Part shown: one piece after another, positions 10,414-19,648 of the stretch | Numbering within the stretch: the first letter of the stretch is position 1 | How the letters are laid out: the number at the start of each line of letters is the position of its first letter | Origin: Roseibacillus sp. | GTDB taxonomy: Bacteria; Verrucomicrobiota; Verrucomicrobiia; Verrucomicrobiales; Akkermansiaceae | NCBI GenBank assembly: GCA_965242925.1 | Contig: CBDEUM010000031.1 | Span: 14,513 to 78,512, forward strand | Length of the DNA: 64,000 nt | Reading direction: 5' to 3' | The notes under the pieces: generated by a model | Databases searched by the model: none | The model's input: the letters and a program-made list of their open reading frames with translations, nothing else | What the model was told of the DNA's origin: nothing | Position numbers and translations under genes: made by a program

Positions 10414-10557
10414 GCAGACGGATAGACGTTCCCCAGGCCACGCATTCCTTCCTGGCCAGCATCTCCTCCCGAATCTGAACAGGAATCCGCATTCTTTCCT
10501 GCAAATCCACGAAACTTTTCCTCATGGGAGGTGTTGAATCCCATGTAGAGCCCTGCC

Positions 10558-10953
10558 ATGAGCGCCCCTGAACAAGAAAACAACTGGGAAAACGATCCCG
10601 TCTGGGACCTCCTCGACGAGGCCAAGGCACCCGGGGCCGGGCCCCTCTTCGTGCGAAATGTCATGCGGGAAGTGCGCCTCTCAGACGAAGTCCGCCCCCC
10701 TTGGTGGAGGCAGATCCTCACCCCCAGACCCATTCTCGCCAGCTCCCTCGCCGCCTTGACGGTCGCCATTATTATCTGGGTCGATCCGGAAGAAGCCGGC
10801 CAAATCACCGCGGAAGATCCCAGGCTCGAAGAGGCAACGGAACCGCAGGCCCTGCAACTGAACGCTCTTCTCGAAGAGGAGATGCTGTCTCAGGCCGCCG
10901 AGGATCCTACTGCCTTCAGCGACGAGGCGCTGGTGGCATTGCTTTACCATTAG
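10558..10953 (+). CDS. Hypothetical single-pass membrane protein (anti-sigma-like layout)
   Basis: Short N-terminal cytoplasmic part, one hydrophobic helix, acidic C-terminus. Confidence 0.55.
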   Translation: MSAPEQENNWENDPVWDLLDEAKAPGAGPLFVRNVMREVRLSDEVRPPWWRQILTPRPILASSLAALTVAIIIWVDPEEAGQITAEDPRLEEATEPQALQLNALLEEEMLSQAAEDPTAFSDEALVALLYH

Positions 10954-10974
10954 GGTCCTGCTAAAGGCCCCCGC

Positions 10975-11637
10975 GTGATCCGCGCTGCCATCTTCGACCT
11001 CGACGGTACCCTGGTCGATTCACTCCCCGGGATCTCAGCTGGTCTCAACCGTGCCCTCGCCACCCACGGACTCCCAGCCCACCCCGCCGCACGGGTGAAG
11101 GGCTTCGTGGGTAATGGCAGCCGCATGCTGGTGCGACGCGGAATCGGCGGGGAACCCACCGACGAACTGGTGGAGCAGGTCCACCACGACTTTCTCCCTG
11201 CCTATGAGGAGAGCTGGCTGGAAGGCACACACCTTTACCCCGGCATCCGGGAGATGCTGGAGGACCTGCACCGCGAAGGTCTGCCCCTCGCAGTCTGTTC
11301 CAACAAGCCACACCACTACACCGTCGAGATCATGACCCGGATGTTCGACTGGGTCCCCTGGACCATGATCCTGGGCCAGCAGAACACCCTCCCCTGCAAA
11401 CCCGATCCCTCCGGGGCCCTTCAAATCGCGGAGCGGATGGAGGTGTCTCCGCCGGAGATCGCCTTTGTCGGGGACTCCCTAGTCGACTTGGAAACTGGCA
11501 GGGCCGCCGGGATGCAAACCGTTCTGGTTGAATGGGGATTCAGTCCCCCTGATACACTCAAAGAGACGACTGCTCTTCTGATGCCGTCCGTGGCTGCTCT
11601 TCGTGCATTCCTTCAAGTGCCTCGTCGAGACGACTGA
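10975..11637 (+). CDS. HAD-superfamily hydrolase (phosphoglycolate phosphatase-like)
   Basis: FDLDGTLVDS, SNK, KPDP, VGDS..D motifs. Confidence 0.9.
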   Translation: MIRAAIFDLDGTLVDSLPGISAGLNRALATHGLPAHPAARVKGFVGNGSRMLVRRGIGGEPTDELVEQVHHDFLPAYEESWLEGTHLYPGIREMLEDLHREGLPLAVCSNKPHHYTVEIMTRMFDWVPWTMILGQQNTLPCKPDPSGALQIAERMEVSPPEIAFVGDSLVDLETGRAAGMQTVLVEWGFSPPDTLKETTALLMPSVAALRAFLQVPRRDD

Positions 11638-12166
11638 AGTAGTCTTCGCGCGTGATCTCCTCCCCGCCGAACTGCCGGAGATGATCCGTCATCCACTGGG
11701 TGTCCAGCAGGAGATAGTCCTCCCTGCGCAACCACTCCACCAGATGGACGAGGGCCACCTTGCTGGCATCGGCCTTATGCGAAAACATCGATTCTCCGAA
11801 GAAGGCCCTCCCCAGAGACACCCCGTAGAGCCCGCCCTGCAAGCCCTCCTCATCCCAGCACTCCACGGAATGGGCGAAGCCGGTCTCGTGCAGGTGTACG
11901 TAACTCTCGATAATCACCTCATCGATCCAGGTCTCTTCACGCTCTCCGCACGCTTCGATCACCTGACGAAAAGCGGAATCGCGCCTCACCTCGAAAGGCT
12001 GCCGCTTGAGGACTCGCTTCAGACCGTGGGGAATGTGGAAACGATCATCGAGGGGAATGAGCCCACGCTTGAGGGGTGAGAACCAGAGGATCTCTCCACC
12101 TTCCGCCATGGGAAAGACGCCCTCGGTGTAGGCTCCGAGCAGAACATGAGGGGGGATGCGCTCCAC
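11558..12166 (-). CDS. aat: Leucyl/phenylalanyl-tRNA--protein transferase
   Basis: AY..GVFPM, ETWI, AHSVECW, GGLYGV, FFGESMFS, DASKVAL, LLDTQ. Confidence 0.95.
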   Translation of the reverse strand: MERIPPHVLLGAYTEGVFPMAEGGEILWFSPLKRGLIPLDDRFHIPHGLKRVLKRQPFEVRRDSAFRQVIEACGEREETWIDEVIIESYVHLHETGFAHSVECWDEEGLQGGLYGVSLGRAFFGESMFSHKADASKVALVHLVEWLRREDYLLLDTQWMTDHLRQFGGEEITREDYFSRLDEALEGMHEEQPRTASEEQSSL

Positions 12167-12215
12167 GACTCTTATTTGGATAGTCCATTCCGGAGATTCA
12201 ATCTACATTCGCGCT

Positions 12216-12716
12216 ATGAAACGCCTCGTCGTCGATCTCTCCCTGTTGCCTGAGGATGGTCACCTCCTCAACGACGAACTGCCAACCTCCATTTTTGATC
12301 TCCCGAATGAGGACGCCAAGCCCCTCGGTCCGCTGTCCTTCCGCCTCCACGCTCAGCGCTTCGGTGACGAACTGCTCCTGCAAGGCTCCCTCAGTGCCCC
12401 CTTCGAATTCCAATGCGTTCGCACCCTTGCCCTCTTCAAGAAGACCATCGAACTCCCCCAGGCCGCCATTTCCATTGAAATAGGGGCTCAGGGCGAGATC
12501 GACGCCACCGACGCCCTGCGGGAGGAGATCCTCCTCCATTTCCCGCCCTATCCGCGCTGCGACCAGGGCGACGAACCTGCTCCCTGTGAGATCGACCACC
12601 GGTATTTAGCGGTGGACAACCCTGCAGGGGATGATGTAGATGTCCCGCCCGCCCAGCAGGGTGACAGCCGATGGGCTGCGCTCGATGCGCTGGAAAAACC
12701 CGACGAGCAACCCTGA
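12216..12716 (+). CDS. yceD: YceD/DUF177 family protein
   Basis: CVRTL, LREEILL..P.YP.C, DSRWAALD; canonical position upstream of rpmF-plsX. Confidence 0.8.
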   Translation: MKRLVVDLSLLPEDGHLLNDELPTSIFDLPNEDAKPLGPLSFRLHAQRFGDELLLQGSLSAPFEFQCVRTLALFKKTIELPQAAISIEIGAQGEIDATDALREEILLHFPPYPRCDQGDEPAPCEIDHRYLAVDNPAGDDVDVPPAQQGDSRWAALDALEKPDEQP

Positions 12717-12731
12717 CCGCCCCATTCCGCC

Positions 12732-12914
12732 ATGGCAGTGCCCAAACGCAGAACATCGAAAATGAAGCAACGCATGCGCCGGGGTGCCAATCGCTGGCGC
12801 AAACCGCTGCTCCAAACCTGCCCCGAATGCGGAAGCCGCGCCCCAGGTCACATCGTGTGCCCTTCCTGTGGGTTCTATCGCGAGCGCCAGGTTCTCGACG
12901 TTGATGTGATGTAA
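12732..12914 (+). CDS. rpmF: 50S ribosomal protein L32 (zinc-ribbon form)
   Basis: MAVPKRRTSK..., CPECG, HIVCPSCGFY. Confidence 0.97.
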   Translation: MAVPKRRTSKMKQRMRRGANRWRKPLLQTCPECGSRAPGHIVCPSCGFYRERQVLDVDVM

Positions 12915-12984
12915 TGTTCTTGAGCGGCAGCTCCGCCATCCTCCCGCCTTGTTCCGGGTCAGGCTGTGCGTACCGGTTCTCAGC

Positions 12985-14001
12985 ATGAAAATTGCCCTCG
13001 ACGCCATGGGCGGGGACCGGGGCCCCGAGGTCAACATCGTGGGTGCACGCGACGCCCTGTCACAGTATCCCCGGATCGACACCCTTTTCCTGACCGGCGA
13101 TGCCGATACCCTGAAGAAGGGGTGTCGCCAGCACGGCCTGACCGATTCACGGATGGAGATCGTACATGCTCCCGAGGTGGTCGGGATGTCGGAGTCCGCC
13201 GTGAATGCCATCAGGCACAAGAAGCAATCGTCCATCGCAGTTGCCACCGACCTCGTCAAGGACGGCCATGCCGACGCGGTCATCAGCGCGGGAAACACTG
13301 GTGCGGCAGTGGCCGCTTCCACCCTCAAGCTGCGCCTTCTGGAAGGGGTGGAACGCGCCGGTATCGCCTCACCCTTCCCCAATGAGTTCGGCTCCTGCAG
13401 CCTCCTCGATGCCGGGGCCAATCCGGGTGCGAAGCCCAGACACCTTCTCGGTTACGCCATCATGGGCAGCGTCTACGCCCGGCATGTCCTGCGGGTTGAG
13501 AACCCAACGGTGGGAATCATGTCCAATGGCGAAGAGGCTGAGAAGGGCAACGACTTTACCAAAGAAACCTTCTCCCTCATTACGGACTACGTGGATTCCG
13601 GCAAGGCCTCCTTCGAATGGCTCGGCAATGTGGAGGGTTACGATCTCTTCATGAGCAAGCTCGATGTCTGCCTCTGCGACGGATTCGTCGGCAACGTGGT
13701 CCTCAAGGCGTGTGGAGCTACCGCCAAAGCCATGACAAAGTGGATCAAGGAAGCCATGCAGGCCAACCCCCTGCGCATGACGGGTGCCCTGATGGCAAAG
13801 GGGGGCTTCACTGCGGTGAAGGACCGCATGAACTACGAAACTTACGGCGGGAGCCCCCTTCTCGGGGTCAAGGGAGTCTGCATCATTGCCCACGGATCCT
13901 CCTCTGCCCTGGCCATCCAGAACGCTATCCGGGTTGCCACCGAGGCCATCGAGCACAATGTCAATCCGCACATCGTGGAGGCCATGAAGACCATCGCTTG
14001 A
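12985..14001 (+). CDS. plsX: Phosphate acyltransferase
   Basis: IALDAMGGD, SAGNTGA, LDAGAN, GNVEG, CDGFVGNVVLK, HGSS. Confidence 0.97.
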   Translation: MKIALDAMGGDRGPEVNIVGARDALSQYPRIDTLFLTGDADTLKKGCRQHGLTDSRMEIVHAPEVVGMSESAVNAIRHKKQSSIAVATDLVKDGHADAVISAGNTGAAVAASTLKLRLLEGVERAGIASPFPNEFGSCSLLDAGANPGAKPRHLLGYAIMGSVYARHVLRVENPTVGIMSNGEEAEKGNDFTKETFSLITDYVDSGKASFEWLGNVEGYDLFMSKLDVCLCDGFVGNVVLKACGATAKAMTKWIKEAMQANPLRMTGALMAKGGFTAVKDRMNYETYGGSPLLGVKGVCIIAHGSSSALAIQNAIRVATEAIEHNVNPHIVEAMKTIA

Positions 14002-14095
14002 CGGCATTCAGCAGCCGGGGATCGATCCGGGTTCCCGGCAGATTTCAACAAGCCGGACTTGCCCACGTGCAAAAGCTGGCGTTCACTCCTCTCAA

Positions 14096-15097
14096 ATGAG
14101 CGGCTTGGCCTCGCAGCTGCCCGTAGCGATCGTGGGCACAGGGAGTTACCTCCCCGAAAAAGTACTGACCAATTCCGACCTGGAAATCATGGTCGAAACC
14201 TCCGACGAGTGGATCACCACCCGCACGGGAATCAAGGAACGGCGCATCGCGGCCGAGGACGAGTTCACCTCCCACATGGCGGTCAAGGCCTCCCGGAAGG
14301 CCATCGAGCAGGCGAAAATCGATGCCTCCGAGATCCAACTCATCATCGTGGCAACCATCACTCCCAACACCCTCACCCCTGCCACGGCCTGCTATGTGCA
14401 GCAGGATCTCGGAGCGCATAAAGCGGTCGCCTTTGACATCTCGGCAGCGTGTTCGGGATTCCTCTATGCGTTGAAGCTCGCCAAACGCCTCATCTCCGAT
14501 GGCGCCTTTGAGAACGCCCTCATTCTCGGTGCCGAAAAACTCTCCGCCTTCGTGAATTGGGAGGACCGCTCGACCTGTGTCCTCTTCGGGGATGGCGCTG
14601 GTGCTGCCCTGCTCAAGCGGGCGGAAAAGGGAGAAGGCGAGATTCTGGCCACCGACATCGGCACCGACGGCTCACAAACCCACCTCCTCAACATTCCCGG
14701 AGGCGGCTCCGCCTGTCCCATCACCATCGAGAATGCCGACCGGCGCCTCGCCACCCTCGCCATGATCGGCCAGGATGTCTTCAAGCACGCCGTCACCCGC
14801 ATGCGGGATTCCGCCAATTCGGTCATCGAACGCTCCGGGCTCCAGCCAGACGACATCAAGCTCCTCATTCCCCACCAGGCCAACCTCCGCATCATCGAGG
14901 CCATTACCAAGCGCATCGATATTCCCGAGGAACGGGTCTTCGTGAACCTCCACAAATACGGCAACACCTCTGCCGCGGCCTGCGCCATCGCGCTGGACGA
15001 GGCTCACCGGGCCGGCAGGTTCGGCCCGGGTGACCATATCGTTCTCGTGGCCTTCGGAGCCGGCCTGACCTGGGCCGCGGCCGCCGTTCGCTGGTAG
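14096..15097 (+). CDS. fabH: Beta-ketoacyl-ACP synthase III
   Basis: RTGIKERR, AACSGF, LFGDGAGA, PHQAN, GNTSAA, FGAGLTW. Confidence 0.97.
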   Translation: MSGLASQLPVAIVGTGSYLPEKVLTNSDLEIMVETSDEWITTRTGIKERRIAAEDEFTSHMAVKASRKAIEQAKIDASEIQLIIVATITPNTLTPATACYVQQDLGAHKAVAFDISAACSGFLYALKLAKRLISDGAFENALILGAEKLSAFVNWEDRSTCVLFGDGAGAALLKRAEKGEGEILATDIGTDGSQTHLLNIPGGGSACPITIENADRRLATLAMIGQDVFKHAVTRMRDSANSVIERSGLQPDDIKLLIPHQANLRIIEAITKRIDIPEERVFVNLHKYGNTSAAACAIALDEAHRAGRFGPGDHIVLVAFGAGLTWAAAAVRW

Positions 15098-15201
15098 GCG
15101 GACCTCAGGCTGCATGAATTCGGCCATCCTCTTAATTCCGGTTGCACCCGAACTCGGAGTCCGGTGAACTGGATCTCACCCGCTACAACTCCCGCCACTT
15201 T

Positions 15202-17088
15202 ATGACCAAATACCGTAGTTCACCGGATTCGAATATCAAAGGAATGCCCCCGGGCATTCCTTTCATCGTGGGCAACGAAGCCGCGGAACGCTTCAGCTTC
15301 TACGGCATGAAGACGATCCTGGCGGTCTTCATGACCAAGTATCTCTGGCTCATGAACGACACGCCCGGACAAGCGATGAGCGACGCCGCCGCCGCGGAGA
15401 AGGTCCACCTTTTCACCTCTGCGGTCTACTTCACGCCTCTCCTTGGTGCATTCATCGCCGACGCCTTCTTCGGGAAGTACAAGACCATCATTTCCCTTTC
15501 CATCGTCTATTGCCTCGGTCACCTCGCCCTCGCGCTGATGGGAATCAGCGGTGAGGCCGCCATGTGGCTGGTGGCGGGGCTGGTGCTCATCTCGCTGGGG
15601 GCCGGCGGCGTCAAGCCCTGTGTCTCCGCGCATGTCGGCGACCAGTTCGGCGCCTCCAACAGCCATCTCCTCTCGCGGGTCTTCAACTACTTCTACTGGT
15701 CGATCAACCTCGGGGCCTTTCTCTCGACCCTCATGACGCCGTGGCTCCTCGAATGGTATGGGCCCCATATCGCCTTCGGCGTTCCCGGGGTCTTGATGGC
15801 CCTCGCCACCGTGATCTTTTGGATGGGTCGACGCCGCTTCATTCACGTTCCCCCGAGCGGCAAGCGGTTTCTGAAGGACACCTTCAGCCCGAACGGCCTC
15901 AAGACCATGGGCACGCTCTCAATCCTCTTTCTCTTCGTGGCGATGTTCTGGGCTCTCTTCGACCAGACCGCCTCCCGCTGGATCTTCCAAGCCCGCGAGA
16001 TGGACCGCACCTTCCTCGGGGTGGAGTGGTTGGAATCGCAGATCCAGGCCGTCAATCCAATCCTCATCCTCACCTTCATCCCGCTCTTCACCTTCGTCCT
16101 CTACCCGAAGATCTCCAAGGTGATCAAACTCACTCCGCTGCGGAAAATCGGCGCCGGCCTCTTCCTCATGGCTGGCGCCTTCGCACTGAGTTCCACCATC
16201 CAGAGTTGGATCGATGCCGGGCAGCGCCCCAACATTGCCTGGCAGGTCCTCGCTTATGTTCTCCTGACCGCTGCCGAGATTCTCGTCTCCATTGTGGCCC
16301 TCGAATTCGCCTACACCCAGGCGCCCCGCACCATGAAATCGATGATCATGGGGCTCTTTCTCCTCGCGGTTTCACTTGGCAACATCTTCACCGCCGCGGT
16401 CAATCACTACATCCAGATCCCTTCCCCGGTCGCCTCCGTGCAGGAAAAGCTCCAGGCCGCAGTCGAGGAAGAGCGCAAGGCCACCGCAACTGAAACGCAC
16501 GCGGGATTTGATGACCAGTTGGGGACCGATGACGATCTCGTGATGTCCCTCAATTTCGGAGAGCAAATCAAAGTGGCCATCCCCAGCAAGGCTCCGCTCC
16601 AGGCCGCCGCCGTCAGGATTGAAGCCTGGGCCGATGCCCACGAATCCCGCCTCCCGCGCCCGGAGGTCGGGACCGAGGAACTTGAGGCCATCACCGATCA
16701 GTGGGGCAATCCTCTCCGCTACTTTCTTGAAAACAGCCGCACCTGCCGGATCACAAGTGATGGGCCGGACGAAATATCGCAGACCGAGTGGGATCTTGGA
16801 GTCCGGGTGAACCTCAAGCCGAAGGACGAAGAGAAAAGGAAATCGTGGACCGAAGCCCTGCGTCCCGACCGACCATGGCTTGAACGCCGCAAGGAAGAGG
16901 TTGGCTACCAGGACGAGAACGGCGAGGAGGAGCCCGGCGAATTCACCCGGACGTTCTTTGCCGGCGGCGGAGAACGCCTCGAGGGTGCCTCCTATTACTG
17001 GTTCTTCACCATCCTGATGTTCATTACTGCCCTCATCTTCATTCCCTATGCCTGCCTCTACCGCGGAGAAACCATCCTCCAGGAATAA
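15202..17088 (+). CDS. POT/PTR family proton-dependent oligopeptide transporter with a large extracytoplasmic insertion before the last TM helix
   Basis: [10 protein letters not shown] (ExxERFxYY), [38 protein letters not shown]. Confidence 0.92.
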   Translation: MTKYRSSPDSNIKGMPPGIPFIVGNEAAERFSFYGMKTILAVFMTKYLWLMNDTPGQAMSDAAAAEKVHLFTSAVYFTPLLGAFIADAFFGKYKTIISLSIVYCLGHLALALMGISGEAAMWLVAGLVLISLGAGGVKPCVSAHVGDQFGASNSHLLSRVFNYFYWSINLGAFLSTLMTPWLLEWYGPHIAFGVPGVLMALATVIFWMGRRRFIHVPPSGKRFLKDTFSPNGLKTMGTLSILFLFVAMFWALFDQTASRWIFQAREMDRTFLGVEWLESQIQAVNPILILTFIPLFTFVLYPKISKVIKLTPLRKIGAGLFLMAGAFALSSTIQSWIDAGQRPNIAWQVLAYVLLTAAEILVSIVALEFAYTQAPRTMKSMIMGLFLLAVSLGNIFTAAVNHYIQIPSPVASVQEKLQAAVEEERKATATETHAGFDDQLGTDDDLVMSLNFGEQIKVAIPSKAPLQAAAVRIEAWADAHESRLPRPEVGTEELEAITDQWGNPLRYFLENSRTCRITSDGPDEISQTEWDLGVRVNLKPKDEEKRKSWTEALRPDRPWLERRKEEVGYQDENGEEEPGEFTRTFFAGGGERLEGASYYWFFTILMFITALIFIPYACLYRGETILQE

Positions 17089-17116
17089 TTCCGGAGCCGT
17101 CGACCCTCCGCCTCCG

Positions 17117-17923
17117 ATGCTCACCGACAGCCACTGCCATCTGGCTTCCCACAAATTCTCCGCCGAGGACCTTCCGGCCCTCCTCCAGCGGGCACGGGAA
17201 GCCGGAGTGAGGCAGGTGATCACCCTGGCCACCAACCTCGGAGACATCCCCCGGAACCTGACCCTCGCGGAACGCTTCCCGGAGGTCTTCGCCTGCGTGG
17301 GAATCCACCCCTGTGATGTCCAGGACACGCCGGATGATTATCTCCCTGCCCTCCGCAACTTCGCTGGCCACCCGATGGTCGCCGCCATCGGCGAAACCGG
17401 CCTCGATTACTATCATCCCGCCCCGCCGGGATGGACCGAGGAGGACTATCACCAACGACAGCGCGACTTCCTGCAGCAGCATTTCGAACTGGCTGGCGAA
17501 CTCAAACTGAACATCGTAATCCACACCCGCGACCGGAAGGGCGACGCCTCCTTTACTGATGCCCTCGCTCTCTACCAGCCGTTCGCGTCGAGACTAAAGG
17601 CCGTCTTTCACTGCTTCCCCGGTCCCTTCCCCCAGGCCGACCGCGTCCTGAAACTGGGGGGTCTGGTCTCCTTCACCGGCATCGCCACCTTCAAGAACGC
17701 CGCCGAGGTTCTCGATGCCGCCCGCCAGACTCCCGTCGGCCGGCTCATGGTAGAGACCGATTCTCCCTACCTCGCACCCGTCCCACATCGTGGTCAGCGC
17801 TGCGAACCGGCCCATGTTCTCCACACCGCCCAATGCATCTCGGAGGCCCGCTCTGAGTCGCTCGAGGAGTTCTCTGCCCACACGGAAAATACGGTGCGAC
17901 GCTTTTTCAGGATGGAAAAATGA
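17117..17923 (+). CDS. TatD family hydrolase
   Basis: DSHCHL, GIHP, IGETGLDY, IHTR, VFHCF, ETDSPYLAP. Confidence 0.95.
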   Translation: MLTDSHCHLASHKFSAEDLPALLQRAREAGVRQVITLATNLGDIPRNLTLAERFPEVFACVGIHPCDVQDTPDDYLPALRNFAGHPMVAAIGETGLDYYHPAPPGWTEEDYHQRQRDFLQQHFELAGELKLNIVIHTRDRKGDASFTDALALYQPFASRLKAVFHCFPGPFPQADRVLKLGGLVSFTGIATFKNAAEVLDAARQTPVGRLMVETDSPYLAPVPHRGQRCEPAHVLHTAQCISEARSESLEEFSAHTENTVRRFFRMEK

Positions 17924-18014
17924 ACAAAGCAGGCCCCCGGAACCGTTTTATATGCTAGAAAAACTGCAAAAAAGTATTTCGTTTCTCTTAACTAATAGCG
18001 TAATCTCTCTACCC

Positions 18015-18473
18015 ATGAAGACGACACACTACTCTGCCATCGGATTGTCTATCGCACTCGCCTCCTGCACAGCGTTTGATCGCGACTACGCCGAATACAA
18101 GAAGCTGAAGGAGGCGCAGACCGCCGGGCAATCGCCATACGGACAGGTAAACGATTTCGGAGTCCCCGGTTTTGGCTCCGAAGGTGCTCCCTATCAACCA
18201 TTACCCACCGTCCACAACGCCCCACCGGCACCCGATCCCATTCCGCCCTTGCCGGGCGCCACTCCCGGCCCGGTTCCCTCCCCGGGTGTCCCCCCCGGTC
18301 CCAGCCCCACCCCGGCCGGGAATACCGTTCCGCATACCGTGGCAAAGGGTGATTCCCTGTGGGGACTGGCCAAACGTTATGGGACATCCATCGAGGCCAT
18401 TCAGGCTGCCAATGGCCTCGCCGGGACAGACATCCAGGCGGGCCGGACCCTGCAGATCCCGAGCAACAATTGA
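18015..18473 (+). CDS. LysM-domain lipoprotein with Pro-rich linker
   Basis: LAS-C lipobox; HTVAKGDSLWGLAKRYGTSIEAIQAANG..IQAGRTLQIP. Confidence 0.88.
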   Translation: MKTTHYSAIGLSIALASCTAFDRDYAEYKKLKEAQTAGQSPYGQVNDFGVPGFGSEGAPYQPLPTVHNAPPAPDPIPPLPGATPGPVPSPGVPPGPSPTPAGNTVPHTVAKGDSLWGLAKRYGTSIEAIQAANGLAGTDIQAGRTLQIPSNN

Positions 18474-19438
18474 CTCGCGCTTCCGCCACTCGCCTCCTTG
18501 CAACCGGGCTCGCCCTCATGACGAGCCTGCTGCCCCTGTCTGGATCAGCCCAGGATTCTACTCCCGGGAAAGATGCAGAGAAAATTATTCAGGCCCTTTT
18601 CGAATGTGACGACGAGAAAGCACTGAAGGAAGCCATCACCTCTGCCCAAGAGGCCGGAACCCCCCGACAGGCCATCCTGGAAGCTCGCTTCCTTTTTCTG
18701 GTTGATCAGGGGGACTTTGCCGCGGTGGCAGCCCTCGGCCCGGTCCTCAAGGAACAGAAGGCCTCCTTTCGCATCGACGATTCCGTCATCTTCAGCGTGC
18801 AGGAGGAATTCTTCTCCATCATTGAATACTGCTCCGCCCTTGGCGCCCTTGAGAAGGGAGATCTCACACGCTTCAAACACCATATCACGGAAGCCTTCTG
18901 GCTCAGCCCCCGTCAAGCCACCGCCTTTGCACCCCATATCGACCGCCTGCGTCGTGATCAGTCCCTTACTGGCATCAAGATCGACTTCGCTCGAAGATTC
19001 ACCAGACAAAGGGACGGCAAAGAGGTCTCCCTCCAGGCCCTCGCAAAGCAATCCGATCACCTCGTCATTCATTTCTGGTCTCCCTGGAACAATGAGTCGG
19101 AAGCTCATCTGCCCGACTTCCTCGCCATGGTGAAAGAGCTGAACACCCACAAGATTCCGGTCGCCTCCATCCTCATTGAGCCTGGAAACGAAGCCCTGAC
19201 CGAGGCCAACAAGTTCTGCGCGGCTCTCCCGTCGGGAGAGATCGGGGACTGGATTGTGGATAACTCACAGGCATCCCTTGCGCGAAAGCTCCGTGTCCTG
19301 GAGCTTCCTACCATTACTGTTCTCAAGGGTGATGGCTCTGTTCTCTTCAGCGGCCACCCCTCTGAGAAACAACTCTGGTCCACCCTGCAGGAGGTTGACC
19401 CGAAGCTCAAACGCCCTCGGGTGGTAGCCGAGCCCTGA
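18470..19438 (+). CDS. Secreted protein with a C-terminal TlpA/thioredoxin-like domain lacking CxxC
   Basis: TTG start overlapping the upstream TGA; signal peptide; HFWSPWNNES aligns with FWAxWCxxC; LPT cis-Pro-like motif. Confidence 0.7.
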   Translation: MTRASATRLLATGLALMTSLLPLSGSAQDSTPGKDAEKIIQALFECDDEKALKEAITSAQEAGTPRQAILEARFLFLVDQGDFAAVAALGPVLKEQKASFRIDDSVIFSVQEEFFSIIEYCSALGALEKGDLTRFKHHITEAFWLSPRQATAFAPHIDRLRRDQSLTGIKIDFARRFTRQRDGKEVSLQALAKQSDHLVIHFWSPWNNESEAHLPDFLAMVKELNTHKIPVASILIEPGNEALTEANKFCAALPSGEIGDWIVDNSQASLARKLRVLELPTITVLKGDGSVLFSGHPSEKQLWSTLQEVDPKLKRPRVVAEP

Positions 19439-19605
19439 CTTTTATCACCCGGTGCCGTCATCACGCACCGCCATGCCTCAACCATTCTCCTCCGCTTTGA
19501 AGCCGTTCAGGAATTGCCGTCGCTGAAACAATTCTGTTAGAACTCTTGGCTGATTTACAGGCAAAACAAGACTGCTATCTAATAGAATATAACCTTGTGT
19601 GACCC

Positions 19606-19644
19606 ACATGTCTCCCGTTTAGATATGTTTGACGACCAATCGTA
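19606..19644 (+). promoter_or_regulatory. Two imperfect inverted repeats directly upstream of the BlaI-like gene (candidate autoregulatory operator)
   Basis: ACATGTCT-N7-AGATATGT (19606-19628) and GACGAC-CA-ATCGTA (19631-19644) in an AT-rich stretch, ending 4 nt before the ATG. Confidence 0.35.
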
Positions 19645-19648
19645 GAAC

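Noticed and set aside
10511..10540. GAAACTT...GTTGAA as an ECF promoter for an orphan anti-sigma gene
   Set aside because: Match is weak, no ECF sigma gene is adjacent, and the anti-sigma call itself is only a layout resemblance.
11558..11637. 80-bp convergent overlap of the HAD hydrolase and aat
   Set aside because: Involves only non-conserved C-terminal tails; common in compact GC-rich genomes.
17117..17923. TatD gene as the missing eboB
   Set aside because: It has ordinary YcfH-like TatD motifs and lies 7 kb from the ebo-like pair in an unrelated gene run.
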